Below, piece after piece: positions 42,466 to 56,467 of a stretch of DNA of 64,000 bases. The notes under the pieces were generated by a model. It searched no databases and had not been told where the DNA came from. It saw only the letters and a list, made by a program, of their open reading frames with translations. The translations under genes were made by a program, and so were the position numbers. Every line of letters begins with the position of its first letter. The stretch's first letter is position 1. Source of the stretch: Eledone cirrhosa (lineage: Eukaryota); assembly GCA_964016885.1 (NCBI GenBank), contig OZ024756.1:6510001-6574000 (forward strand), given 5' to 3'.

Positions 42466-43431
42466 AGTTTAGTATATATAGGGTGTAATGGATGCGACAT
42501 ATATTATACGAGAATTGTACGATAATTCAAATTCAAGTTAAAGTTAAAATTAAAAGCACAGAGTGGAATACATGCGACAGATAATACAAGAGAATAGTCC
42601 AATAATTAGTGAGTCAATGAGAAAGCGGTATTCAAGCGTGTAGAGATTGTACATGCGTTAGTCATATATTTGGGATGCAAACAAGCAAACATATTAGCCA
42701 TATATGAGTACTGTATGGCAAGGTATTACATAAAAATGTCCAAGCTCTTAAACGTGTTATGGAGGATATAGATCAATATTTTCTGTATAGTTCAAATTTG
42801 TATGTGTGTAGAGTATGAGAGTTATTGATTTCTCATCCATTACATATGTTAAGTTATGTTTTAGTTAATGTTTGTAATGAATGTTTTAAGTTAGTTATAG
42901 TAATTGTTTCTACTTTTTGGCACAAGGCCAGCAATTACCCAGTGCATTACTGGTACTTTATTTTATCGACCCCGTAAGGATGAAAGGCAAAGTTGATCGT
43001 AACTAGGTCATATTGTATTCATATTCCTGGATTATAGTTATACAACATCGAGATCTTTCAACGGTTTAATATCCGGAAGTGGATACGGAATTAAGGGGAG
43101 CTAATTCGTAAGGGCTCATTATAATAATTAAATTACTTGTTCTAATAGACAATATAAATTGTCACAATTGAATCCATTATACTAAGTAATCATATATGCA
43201 TAATATATTTGCTTGGTTGCATCCCAGATATATGACTAACGCATGTACAATCTCTACACGCTTGAATACCCCTTTCTCATTGCCTCTCTAATTATTGGAC
43301 TATTCTCTTGTATTATCTGTCGCATGTATTCCACTCTGTGCTTTTAATTTTAACTTTAACTTGAATTTGAATTATTGTACAATTCTCGTATAATATATGT
43401 CGCATCCATTACACCCTATATATACTAAACT
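42466..43431. mobile_element. Fold-back/MITE-like element with about 230-bp inverted repeats
   Basis: 42466-42696 is the reverse complement of 43201-43431; the spacer contains a SINE 3' fragment at 42901-42996 (-). Confidence 0.75.
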
Positions 43432-43511
43432 GTTGTTCACAACATCAATATATATGTATCTATATGATTCTTCATTTAAATGTGAGGTTAATTATATGTA
43501 CAAACATTGAT

Positions 43512-43563
43512 AATGCTCCGATGACACCAAACTAAAATTTGGAAGAAACAATTGTCAGCGATT
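43512..43563 (+). ncRNA. Type I hammerhead motif (CCGATGA variant)
   Basis: gct-ccgatga-ca-ccaaa-ctaaaa-tttgg-aa-gaaa-caattg-tc-agc. Confidence 0.55.
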
Positions 43564-43604
43564 AAATGATTTAAACATAACTTTGATACTTGTGTAATCT
43601 ATAA

Positions 43605-43642
<38 letters not shown>

Positions 43643-43737
43643 TTTTGAGTTTATGTTGGTTGTATACCAACACCTCAGTATGCAGGATGGAGCACTCGAC
43701 GAAGTGCGCAGGTTGGTTTGGTTACTCCGGAGTAGTG

Positions 43738-44061
43738 TAAAATAAAGTTAAATAAAAGTCAAATGATTAAAATTTAGCTTCGTTTATTACTGCTATATAT
43801 ATTTCAGTGACAGCCATCTTTGGCTGTGACCTCTTCAGGCAGTTTGAATTAGTATGGTATAGACAAGTACATATGTACTTGTCTGTACCATACTAATTCA
43901 AACTGCCTGAAGAGGTCACAGCCAAATGTACTTGTCTATACCATACTAATTCAAACTGCCTGAAGAGGTCACAGCCAAAGATGGCTGTCACTGAAATATA
44001 TATAGCAGTAATAAACGAAGCTAAATTTTAATCATTTGACTTTTATTTAACTTTATTTTAT
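43738..44061. mobile_element. Palindromic pLTR fragment with two intact, outward-facing type I HHRs
   Basis: actgc-ctgaaga-ggtcacagcca-aaga-tggctgtcact-gaaa-tatata-ta-gcagt at 43955-44009 (+), mirror copy at about 43789-43843 (-); centre gtacatatgtac; 53-bp internal duplication. Confidence 0.85.
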
Positions 44062-45195
44062 ATATATATATATATATATTAGAAAGGGAAGTAAGATTCT
44101 ATTACAAAACAGTTGATAGAGAGAAAAGGTGAGATTGGAAATAACACTGACAATATATTTTAGGGTCTGTTTTTTTCTTTCTTTTCTTTGATTCGTCAAA
44201 GTGACATTATTGAAAAGATGACATTATTGAAAAAACGAGCGGGACAATTCTTTTAAAAAAGAGTTGCATAATGTATGTAAAGTATATAAAGTATATAAAG
44301 TATTACTGGTTTCGATGTATTAGTAAAATTCATCAAATGTTGTGATTTACAATTTAAAAGTATTAATAAGGATGATTTAAAACTAAAAATTAAAGATTTA
44401 AAATTAAGTTTTGAGGTACGATTTTACATCTTCCTTGTTGAGGAGAAGACTACAACATTAACACGAACAGTGTAAGGGACTAACTATAACGACTTGTTAC
44501 CTTTGCCATAACGTAAGGTGGTGGTGGTGGGGTGACGGTAGTGGTAGGGTGATGCTAGTGGTAGTTGTAAGGTGGTGGTGGTAGTGGGGTGATGGTAGTG
44601 GTATTTGTAAAATGGTGGTGGTGGGGTGATGGTAGTGGTAGTTGTAAGGTAGTGGTGGTGTCATGACGGTGTAGTGATGGCGGTGGGGGTGATGGTAGTG
44701 GTAGTTGTGATGATGATGGTGGCAGAAGTATTAGAAATAGCAGCAGAAACACAGCAGCAGCATCTGCAATGGCAGCAAACAGGTGGGTGTATACAGAAGA
44801 GGGAGAGGGGTGCGAAGAAGGAGTGGGAGTGGGTGGGTAAAAGGAAGAGTGGGTTGAGGAGAAGGGGGTTGGAAGGAGCGGGGTGAGTCGGAAGAGGGAA
44901 GAGAGGGGTCAAACGATGGAAGGGAGGGTGTAATTGTTGAAGCATGTCAGAGGTAAAACTGTCAGTAGAGAGAGAGAGAGAGAGAGATAGAGAGAGAGAG
45001 AAAGGGGGAGATAGAGAGAGAACGTGAGAGAGAGAGTGAGAGAGAGAGTGAGGGGGAGGGAGAGAGATAGAGGGAGAGAGAGAGAAATAGAGGTAGAGAG
45101 AGAGGGAGAGAGAGAGGGGGGGGGAGCAAGTGTCACATCTCGGGTTTCGATAGTTTTAAAAGATGAACCATTGACACTTTCAACCAAGTTATAGT

Positions 45196-46175
45196 ACAAC
45201 AGCGCCACCTACATTAATATGGACACGACACCAGCGCCACCTACATTGATATAGACGCGACACCAGTGCCACCTACATAGATTGATATAGACACGACACC
45301 AGCGCCATCTACATTGATATAGACACGACACAAGCGCCACCTACATTGATTAATATAGACACGACACCAGCGCCATCTACATTGATATAGACACGACACC
45401 AGCGCCACCTACATTGATATAGACACAACACCAGCGCCGTCTACATTAATATAGACACGACACCAGCGCCATCTACATTGATATAGACACGACACCAGCG
45501 ACACCTACATTAATATCGACACAACAACAGCGCCATCTACATTAATATAGACACGACACCAGCGCCACCTACATTAATATAGACACGACACCAGCGCCAC
45601 CTACATTAATATTGACGACACCAGCGCCACCTACATTAATATTGACACGACACCAGCGCCACCTACATTAATATAGACACAACACCAGCGCCACCTACAT
45701 TAATATAGACACGACACCAGCGCCACCTACATTAATATGGACACAACACCAGCGCCGTCTACATTGATATGGACACAACAACAGCGCCACCTACATTAAC
45801 ATCGACACAACACCAGCGCCACCTACATTAATATAGACACGACACCAGCGCCACCTACATTAATATTGACACGACACCAGCGCCACCTACATTAATATTG
45901 ACACGACACCAGCGCCACCTACATTAATATAGACACAACACCAGCGCCACCTACATTAATATAGACACGACACCAGCGCCACCTACATTAATATCGACAC
46001 AACACCAGCGCCGTCTACATTAATATCGACACAACAACAGCGCCACCTACATTAATATCGACACAACAACAGCGCCACCTACATTAATATCGACACAACA
46101 ACAGCGCCACCTACATTAATATAGACACTGCACCAGCGCCACCTACATTAATATAGACACGACACCAGCGCCGTC
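45196..46175. repeat. 32-bp minisatellite, about 30 copies
   Basis: Unit agcgccacctacattaatatagacacgacacc. Confidence 0.97.
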
Positions 46176-46348
46176 TTCCTTATCATGTGACCCACACCAC
46201 CACCCGTCCTACCACCCCATACATACACTGTCTTATACCACACACACACACACAAATAATTACATATATACATATACATACATACATCGTTGTATGTATG
46301 TGTATGTATGTATATATATGTATGTGTATGTATGTGTATGTATGTATA

Positions 46349-46379
<31 letters not shown>

Positions 46380-47199
46380 GTGTGTGAATGTATGTGTGAA
46401 TCTATGTATGTATGTGTCTATATGTATATATATATATGTATGTGTGAATGTATGTATGTGTGTGTATGTATCTATATATGTATGTATGTGTATGTATGTA
46501 TATATATATATGTATGTATGTATGTGTGATTGTATGTATGTGTGTGTGAATGTATGTGTGAATCTATGTATGTATGTGTATATATTCATATATTTTGTTT
46601 ATATAAAGGACATGTGTATATATATGTATTCTATGTATACATGTTTGTGCGTCTGTGTTTATACATATATATATATATATGTATGCGTGTATGTGCATGT
46701 ATGTATGTGTGTGTGCAGTGTGAATGTATGTGTGTTAGTGTGAATGTATGTATGTATGTGCGTGTGTGAATGTATGTATGTATGTATGTGCGTGTGTGAA
46801 TGTATGTATATGTGTGAATGTATGTATGTGTATATATATTCATATATTTTCTTTATATAGAGACATGTGTATATATATGTAGTGTATGTATGTATATATG
46901 TTTGTGCGTCTGTGTCAATGCATACACACACACATACACATACATATATATATATATGCATGTATTTGCCTGTATGTATGTATGTATTTGTGTATGTGCT
47001 TGTATGTATGAATGTATGTGTATGTATGTATATATATTCATATATTTTGGTTATATAGCGACAAGTGTATATACACGTGTGTGTAAATACGGAGGTATAT
47101 ATACTTTCCATAAATATGTCTTCACACATTCGTGTGATTCACATAAAACTGTCCAAAGGCTACTAACACTATCAAACACTATATATGTGTATATATATA

Positions 47200-47294
<95 letters not shown>

Positions 47295-47314
47295 TGTGTA
47301 TGTGTATATATGTG

Positions 47315-47377
<63 letters not shown>

Positions 47378-47458
47378 GGTGTGTATGTGTATATATTGTA
47401 TGTATATATATATATATATATATATATGCATACATATATGCATGTACATATATATACA

Positions 47459-47493
<35 letters not shown>

Positions 47494-47652
47494 TTATATA
47501 TACATATATGCATGTACATATATATACATACATATATGCAAGTACATATATATACATATATACATACATATATATATATATATTTATATATATATATATG
47601 CATGTACATATATATACATATATACATATACATACATATATATATATATATT

Positions 47653-47703
<51 letters not shown>

Positions 47704-47941
47704 ATCTTTATATATATATATATATGTATATATTTATGTATATATATATATATATATATACATATATAATATATACATACATATATACATATAACATAGA
47801 TATATACATACATACATGCCTACATACATATATATATATATACATACACACATATATACATACATACATACATTTATATATATATACATATATATGTATA
47901 TGTATATATATATACATACATATATATATACATATATATAC

Positions 47942-47972
<31 letters not shown>

Positions 47973-48039
47973 TATACTTACATACATACACACACACATA
48001 TACACACACACATATATATACACACACACACATACACAT

Positions 48040-48082
<43 letters not shown>

Positions 48083-48428
48083 TATATATATATGTAACCA
48101 AATATAAACAAACCGTGTACAATAAACATCCTGACATATGTATGTATGTAGGTCCCAGAACGACAGTTATTTATATATAAGAACATATATATATATAGGG
48201 AAAGGATGTCGTATATATATTTGACTCTACACCCCTAAATGCTTTGATCCAGAAAGAGTGACGCCGGGTCAGCGTGAGTGTGTACTCTGGGTAAGGACTG
48301 TAGGCAATAAAAACTACATGTCATGCCTTGACAATGAGAGCTGTACGAGGTTTCCCCGCCTGCTAGCAAGAGTAGTCAAAATTAATAAAATAAAAAGGAT
48401 ACATTAGACATGTAGTCCAACATATGTA

Positions 48429-48467
<39 letters not shown>

Positions 48468-48535
48468 CTTCGGTTAGAGTTGTGTGATAGGGTGGGGTTA
48501 AGTATAGATACTGTACATATGTATTAGTGTTATTC

Positions 48536-49335
48536 AGTATCGGTAGAGGGACGGACGCCATGCTTTCCAGCATAGTTACGGCCCTTTACGATCTGAGTTC
48601 AAATCCCGCCGAGGTTGACTTTGCCTTTCATCCTTACGGGGTCGATAAAATAAAGTACCAGTAATGCACTGGGGGATTGCTGGCCTTGTGCCTAACGTAG
48701 AAACAGTTATTAGCTCCCACGAGAATTTCTGCCCTTTATGATCAGAGTTCAAATCCCGCAGAGGTTAACTTTGCTTTTCATCCTTACGGGGTCGATAAAA
48801 TAAAGTACCAGTCACGCACTGAGGTCGAGGTAATCCAATTTGCCCTCCCCTGAAATTGCTGGCCTTGTGCCTAATTTAGAAATCATTATTAGCTCACTCT
48901 GTGGAGTAGCTGTATCGGTAGAGGGTCGGACGCCATGCTTTCCAGCATAGTTACGTCCCTTTACGAGCTGAGTTCAATCCCGCCGAGGTTGACTTTGCCT
49001 TTCATCCTTACGGGGTCGATAAAATAAAGTACCAGTAATTCACTGGGTTATTGCTGGCCTTGTGCCTAAAGTACAAACAATTATTAGCTCACCCTATTTT
49101 TATCAGCAATACGAGTCTAAGAAAGAAATTATAATTGTTTCTACTTTCGGCACAAGGCCAGCAATAAACCAGTGCATTACTGGTACTTTATTTTATTGAC
49201 TCCGTAAGGATGAAAGGCAAAGTTAACCTCGGCAGGATTTGAACTCACAATGGAAAGGGCCGTAATTCTAGTGGGAGCTAATAACACTAACTCTATGCGT
49301 CAAAGCATGACGTCCGACCCTCTACCGATAATGCT
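48536..49335. mobile_element. Cluster of four Meta-type SINEs (three +, one -)
   Basis: 48536-48708, about 48725-48888 (long variant) and 48912-49081 on plus; 49131-49335 on minus; ttattagctc follows each plus copy. Confidence 0.85.
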
Positions 49336-49460
49336 ATTCCACTAGAATAATGATCAGACTAACGTAAAGGGAGTCAATAGAATATCAGTGATGTAAAACC
49401 AAAGTACAAGTATTTTGAAGCAAATTATTGTAGGGTTTTAAGGCCCTTAGCACGGGAAAT

Positions 49461-49496
<36 letters not shown>

Positions 49497-49628
49497 AACA
49501 AGTAAGACCCCGACGGCTTGAGCTCAGCCGTCGGGGTCTTACTTGTTCCTATTACCCACTCTACTACCCTAAGTATTGAGTACTTTGGTGCGTTATGGTC
49601 CACCTGGTTCCTTACCACATTTCCTTCG

Positions 49629-49659
<31 letters not shown>

Positions 49660-49661
<2 letters not shown>

Positions 49662-49902
49662 CAAAGTTTAATGTGTTTCGTTGATTACTCAACGAATACA
49701 GTTTTACAATAGATTAGAATCACTCAACTGCCAATACGGGAATTGAATAATCAAGATCATAGCGGTATGTCATATATCAAATCATATATTTTGTCTGATG
49801 AGGACGTACTGAAAAAAACAGCACAGTACCTTTGAAATATATATAATAAAGTATATATTTTGATTATGCGAATGTTTTTCATTTGTTAACATTTTGAATA
49901 AT
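49660..49902 (+). mobile_element. Solo pLTR fragment of the Penelope family, with HHR (49788-49851) and inverted 5' piece
   Basis: Matches 55998-56170; 49680-49725 matches the inverted pLTR tail. Confidence 0.8.
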
Positions 49903-50258
49903 ATATATATATATATATATAAAATATATATATATATATATATGAGTGTGTGTGTATATGCATATCGTACTGAATGACGCGCGTTTCACCGGACGGATTT
50001 TGAACCCGAGTATGGCTGCGGTGATGACGGAAGTATATATGAGCTGACTGGATTCTGCGCAGCAGAACGGTTTGCTAATCCGGTCTGGAATTAACTCTAA
50101 ATCGAACTCCTCTTTTGCTCTACCAACTACGGATATAACCTCCTGGTGTTTTTCCTACTATATATATAGAGGCAGGAGAGTGTTGAAGGAAACTGAGGCT
50201 ACACAATAGCAACAACAACAGTGTTATAATGGTAACACAGCGTGTTCAGAATAATAAT

Positions 50259-50449
50259 AATTGTTTCTACTTTGGGCACAAGGCCAGCAATTTCCCAGTA
50301 CATTACTGGTACTTTATTTTATTGACTCCGTAAGGATGAAAGGCAAAGTTAACCTCGACGGGATTTGAACTCAGATCATAAAGAGCCGTAACTCTATGCT
50401 TCAAACCATGGCGTCCGACCCTCTACCGATACTGCCAATCCACCGCCCT
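50259..50449 (-). mobile_element. Meta-type SINE
   Basis: Reverse complement of the family consensus. Confidence 0.88.
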
Positions 50450-50481
50450 TATATAATAATAATTGTTTCTACTTTTGGCAT

Positions 50482-50720
50482 TTGAAATTGAGAAAGTGTG
50501 GCATCTTAAGCCCTGCACAATACCAGTGGTAGTTGGTACACATGGAATGATACAAACAGGAATAGAAAAATATTTGGACTGGATACATGGTAATCCATCT
50601 CTGCATGCGATTCAGAAATTAGTACTGACCGTTACTGTTCATGTTCTGAGAAGGACAGCATTATCAATTTAAAAACCTTGCAAAGACATTTACTGTTCTT
50701 CTGTGACCTTGAGGCATCAT
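50482..50720 (+). mobile_element. R4/Dong-like non-LTR retrotransposon C-terminal fragment
   Basis: EIEKVWHLK..IPVVVGTHGMI..IQKLVLTVTVHVLRR resembles the end of the restriction-like endonuclease domain of R4-clade elements. Confidence 0.7.
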
Positions 50721-50827
50721 TTGTGTGACAATTGATTGTAAAATGTATGTATGATCAAATTTTGCCTCAGGTGTCAGGTTGACACTCGGCATTATATGGG
50801 AAAGAAGCAGATTTCAAAGGAAGTTTC

Positions 50828-51134
50828 GAAGAAGAAGAAGAAAAAGAAGAAAAGGGAGAAAACGAAGAAAAAGAAAAAGAAAAGGAAAAAGAAGAAGAAA
50901 AAGAAGACGAAAAAAAAAAGAAGAAAAAGAAGAAAAAGAAGAAAAAGAAAAAGAAAAAGAAAAAGAAGAAAAAGAAAAAGAAGAAAAAGAAGAAAAAGAA
51001 GAAAAAAAAGAAGAAAGAAAAAAAGAAAAAAAAGAAAAAGAAGAAAAAGAAGAAAAAGAAAAAGAAGAAAAAGAAGAAAAAGAAGAAAAAGAAGAAGTAG
51101 AAGAAGAAGAAGAAAAAGAAGAAAAAGAAGAAGA
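50828..51134. repeat. Purine-only (GAA/GAAAAA) repeat
   Basis: About 300 bp of almost exclusively A/G. Confidence 0.95.
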
Positions 51135-52304
51135 TTCCCTGAAGAATGTGGTAAGTATATTTGATGTGAAACATATTTCACTGCCAATCAGTGTCTCTCC
51201 TTGTGGAAATCAAAATAACTAAAACATCATTAATTGGTTTGTGTGAAAGTGAAAGCAGAATTGTAACATCTCATTCTCCTCTCCACTTTCACTCTCCTCT
51301 CCCTCTCTTGCTCACGCTTCCTTGCTCTCTCTCTCTCTCTCTTCTTGTCTCTCCCTATTGTTCTCTCTCCCTCTCTCTCACCTTAGCTCACTCTCTCTGT
51401 GTCTCTCCCTCTCTCTCTCTATTCTTATCTCTCTCTTCTTGTCTCTCCCTCTTGCTGTCTCTCTCCCTTGCTTACACTCACTCCCCCCTCTCTCTCTCGC
51501 TAGCCCTCCTTCTCTCTCTTCCCTCCCCTTCCCCTCTTTTTCTCTCTCCTGGGGACTGCTACGTTCCATATAGTTAGAGAAACTCTTACAAACTCTCCTC
51601 CTTGCTGACTCAAAACTGTCGGCTAGTGACCTAAACTTGGCACCAACCAAACTCTCCTTTTCTCGACGTAACCCATTCACTCTCTTTTATATCTGATATT
51701 TTACTTTTTTCTTTGTTATTATATGGGGGGTGGAGGTGGGGGTGTTATATTTTTGTTTGTTTTGTTCTTTTTTCGTAAAGGCTTCGTTCGTTTCGTTGGA
51801 AAATTAAAATTACTGTTAATAGGGCTGAAAATCATCCATAATGGAGAGACCCATCCAGCTGGGGTGAAGGGGATTGACATTGAAGTGTAAAAGACTGGAT
51901 ATGAAAGCAAATGAAAGAAAAGGGGAGAAAAATAAGGAATGGGGGGACGGAGGGTAGTGGGGAGTGGAGGAAGGAACAAGAATTGTAATAAGAAGTGAGA
52001 AAGGTGGGGGGTGTGGTGTCGGTAGGGGGTGGGTTGTGGCTGTAGGTCGTGGAGAAGGTAGGAGTGGGGTGGTGTCGGTATAGGGTGGGGCATAGGGTGC
52101 GGGAAAGAATGCCTGGTGTTCTTTCTCTCTTGTGTTTCTTCTGTATGGCGATAAGTGGTTATCTACTGGGGTGACGAAAGGACAGCAAGGTGAAGGAAAG
52201 CTATGGTGACAGACTACAGAATGTCACACACACACACACATATAAATATATAAATACACACATATATATACATGCGTGCGTACGCATAGACATATATATA
52301 TATA

Positions 52305-52481
52305 TATTAATTCAAAATATTAATAAATATAGACATTCAACGTAATCAAAATATATTTTATTATATATATTTCGGAGGTACTGTGGTGTTTTTTTTTCAG
52401 TACGTCCTCATCAGATAAAATATATAAATTGATGTATGACATACCTCAACTGTGCTGATGGTTCAATTCCAGTCTTGGCAG

Positions 52482-52483
<2 letters not shown>
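52305..52483 (-). mobile_element. Solo pLTR fragment with HHR (52352-52424)
   Basis: Homologous to 52825-52993. Confidence 0.8.
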
Positions 52484-52580
<97 letters not shown>

Positions 52581-52589
52581 TGTATGTAT

Positions 52590-52635
<46 letters not shown>

Positions 52636-52643
52636 GTATGTAT

Positions 52644-52689
<46 letters not shown>

Positions 52690-52693
52690 GTAT

Positions 52694-52726
<33 letters not shown>

Positions 52727-52731
52727 ACCAA

Positions 52732-55700
52732 AGATTGATATGGTTCATTGACTACTCAATGAATATAGTTTTACAATAGATTAAAAGCACTCTACAATGA
52801 AATTTTCTGGAGTTATTAATATTATTCAGAATATTAATAAATGAAGACATTCATATAATCAAAATATATGTTTTATTATATATATTTCGAAGGTACTGTG
52901 TTGTTTTTTAAGTACGTCCTCGTCAGATAAAATACATGAATTGATGTATGACATACCTCAACGGTCTTGATAGTTCAATTCCAGTATTGGCAGTGATTTA
53001 TTACAACAAATCTCAACATTTATACACCACAAATAATAACATGATAAACTTAAATTTAAAGAAGAAGAGGATGTGGAGCGAGATATGGGTATAAGGAGGG
53101 GTGAATATGAGGAGATGCGAGAACAAATAAAATAAATAAATACATACATACATAAATATTTAAATGAGTAAATATATATATTAGGGAAGAAATATATAAA
53201 TATTGCATCTTAGGGAAGAAATATATAATATATTGCACCTTCGAAGGCAGACATTGGAATAATTAGTAAAAACCTAATAGATAGGATGTTGCCAATGTTA
53301 AAATTGAGGTCAAAGCTAAACCTATGGAAGGGCATTACTGAAGTCATAGATTGGTTCAATAATATCGAAAATAAGAAAAATCATAAATTCATTCAAATGG
53401 ACATAACGAGTTATTACTCCTCAATAACCCCTAAACTACTAAATAAGGCGCTTTCATATGGATATAAACACACGGATCAATCTAGTGACGAGATTAATAT
53501 TATTTTAACAGCAAGGCGAACATTGATAGAATGTAATAATGATCTTTGGACTAGATCTGATATGCATAAAAACTTTGACATTACTATGGGCTCGTCTGAT
53601 TCGGCGCAAGTTACCGATCTTGTGGGAATTTTCATCCTTAATATGATAACTAGAAAACTGCCGGAGATTACCGGTGGTTTATATAGAGACGACATATTAT
53701 TTACTGTGGTTAAACATAATAATAGTGAATTAAATAGAGTAAAGAAAGTAATTATAGAATTCTTTAAACATTATGACCTGAAATTAGAAGTAGAAAATAA
53801 CAATATAATAGTGAATTTTTTTAGACGTAACTCTTAATTTGAACTCAGGGCTCTATTACACCTTCCATAAACTCAATGAAAACTTAAATTATGTTAGTTT
53901 TTATTCTAAACATCCTAAAAGAGTTAAGAAGGCAAAAGTCAACAGTGTCCAACAACGAATATCCAGGCTATCTGCGAATAGATCCATATTTAATAGTAAA
54001 GCTGTATATTATAACGAAGCGTTACATAAAGCAGGATATAAAAATAATATTGAGTATATGGAAAAAAATAATATTAATTATAATCGCAGTAAACATAATA
54101 ATAATAATAGAAATGACTGTAAAAACAACAACTTGAGGAATAAATCGTGGAAAAAATAAGGACTAGATCTATTAAAACACCTTTAGCACATTTATTTTTA
54201 AAGCCTGGGATAAATGTTTCCCTATATCACATAAGTATTACTCTATCTTCAATAGACACACAGTTAAACTCTTATTCAACAACTATGAATATTGCTAAAA
54301 AAATAGCAAAAATAAATCTTAATTTGAACCAACATATAATTAGCGATAATAACAATAATAATAATAATAATACATTAGTTAATTGGAATAACAATAATAA
54401 TAGTTTAAATACGAATAATAGTAGAACACCTCTAAATAATAGTAATAATACGAATAATATAAATTATAGAAATTACATAGAGATGAATTGTAACTGTAGA
54501 AGGAAATCTGAAGGAAATCCCTTACAAAATAACTGCTTTGACAAGAATAGAGTGTACAAATGTACCATTAAGACAAATAATAATAATAATACATATAACT
54601 ACATTGGTGCCACTTCATCTAAGTTTAAATACCGCTTTTACAATCATAAGCATTTTTTTTCTAATCTAGATAACAAATTTCAACATGACTCTCACAATTT
54701 ATATGGTCTTTGAAGATAAACATATCAAATACTCAATTTCTTGGAGTAAATTAAAGCAATCTGATTCCTACCAGAACGCATCTATTTAACCAAATTGCAT
54801 TCTTTGCAATCTAGAGACTCTATTGATAATTACAAATTATGACAATTTAATTAATAAGAAAAATGAGTTATTTAGCAGCTGTCAACATAAGTCTGGTAGG
54901 ACTTTCCAAGCATTATACAAATTTCGAAAAAATATTGATTATTAATATTTTTTTTTTTTAAATTAGTTATATAACTTTTTGCCTTACCGAAAAAAAAATT
55001 TTTTGTCGTTTTTATCTAGTAAATTAATCTCATTATGAGTCTCAGTATCCTTTGTTTGGATTTAGAAAGGTAATTGTTTAAGTATAAATTTCTTGATTTG
55101 TGGTTTGAAATATCTTCTGGTTTCAAAGTACTTAAAAGTTTTAAATATTCACATATGATGAACGAGTTATCTTCCTTTGTTTACATTCTTCGTAAATAAT
55201 TTTGTTCTGTCTAAATAGCTTGCTAAATTATATTTAACATGAATTATGCAGTTTAATAATATATGAAAATCCTTAAAGGGAAACTATATATAATAATAAG
55301 TAATTACTGAAGTAAATATGAAATAATAAAACATTTGAGAGAAAATATAACTGCAACTTAAACCTGTAATTAAATGACAATCAATGATTCTATAAAGAAA
55401 ATAGAATAACTCAGATAATAAATGATCTTAATATAAAAATATATATATATACTGATGGTGATATATGCATGTGTTTTAATAAATATCCTAATACACATAA
55501 TTATTTAATTATGCTTTAAAGATAAAAATGTTTTTAAAAGTTTTAACAAAATATTTGGTGAATGTGTTACTTATTTAAACTATGTATCTGATGGCTATAG
55601 AAAATAATTTTATTTGTTTAATTTTGATATAATATATAAGTATAATTAGCTTAAACATAACCAAATAAAAAATATATTAACATTTTCATCTTATTTAATT

Positions 55701-56259
55701 GGTTGCCTCTATTTGACTTAATATTTGAAAACAACGGTATTTCTATCTACCCCCTCATTCCTTTCTTTTTGTCGTTATTTCTTTTCTTCTCTTTCTTCCT
55801 TTTTTTATTTTTATATACTTCTTCCTTAATACTCATTTAAATATTTATGTATGTATTTATTTATTTTATTTGTTCTTGCATCTCCTCATAGTCACCCCCT
55901 CCTTATACCCATATCTCGCTCCACATCCTCTTCTTTAAATTTAAGTTTATCATGTTATTATTTGTGGTGTATAAATGTTGAGATTTGTTGTAATAAATCA
56001 CTGCCAATACTGGAATTGAACATCATGACCGTTGAGGTATGTCATACATCAATTCATGTATGTTATCTGACGAGGACGTACTTAAAAAACAACACAGTAC
56101 CTTCGAAATATATATAATAAAACATATTTTAATTAAGTGAATGTCTTCATTTATTGATATTCTGAATAATATTAATAACTGTAGAAAATTTCATTGTAGA
56201 GTGCTTTTAATCTATTGTAAAACTATATTCATTGAGTAATCAATGAACCATATTAATCT
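52732..56259 (+). mobile_element. 5'-truncated Penelope-like element with inverted pseudo-LTRs
   Basis: 52732-53200 is the reverse complement of 55810-56259; each pLTR carries an HHR (52870-52933 -, 56060-56125 +); RT and GIY-YIG lie between; (TA)n on both flanks. Confidence 0.92.
53238..54945 (+). pseudogene. Frameshifted Penelope-like RT + GIY-YIG endonuclease ORF
   Basis: PSKADIGIISK..FIQMDITSYYSSI..FDITMGSSDSAQVTDLVG..GGLYRDD; CNCR..VYKCTI..YIGATSSKFKYRFYNH; C-terminal CILCNLE..LINKKNELFSSCQHK; several frameshifts; Asn-rich linker. Confidence 0.9.
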
Positions 56260-56282
56260 GTCATTATATATATATATATAAT

Positions 56283-56467
56283 GGCGGTGGATTGGCAGTA
56301 TCGGTAGAGGGTCGGACGCCATGCTTTGATGCATAGAGTTACGGCCCTTGCTATTCTGAGTTCAAATCCCGCCGAGGTTAACTTTGCCTTTCATCCTTAC
56401 GGGGTCGATAAAATAAAGTACCAGTAATGTACTGGGTAATTTCTGGCCTTGTGCCAATAGTAGAAAC

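Noticed and set aside
50751-51222. K/R- or E/K-rich ORFs followed by a good splice donor (GTG|GTAAGT at about 51150)
   Set aside because: A purine microsatellite is open in all frames; nothing else supports an exon
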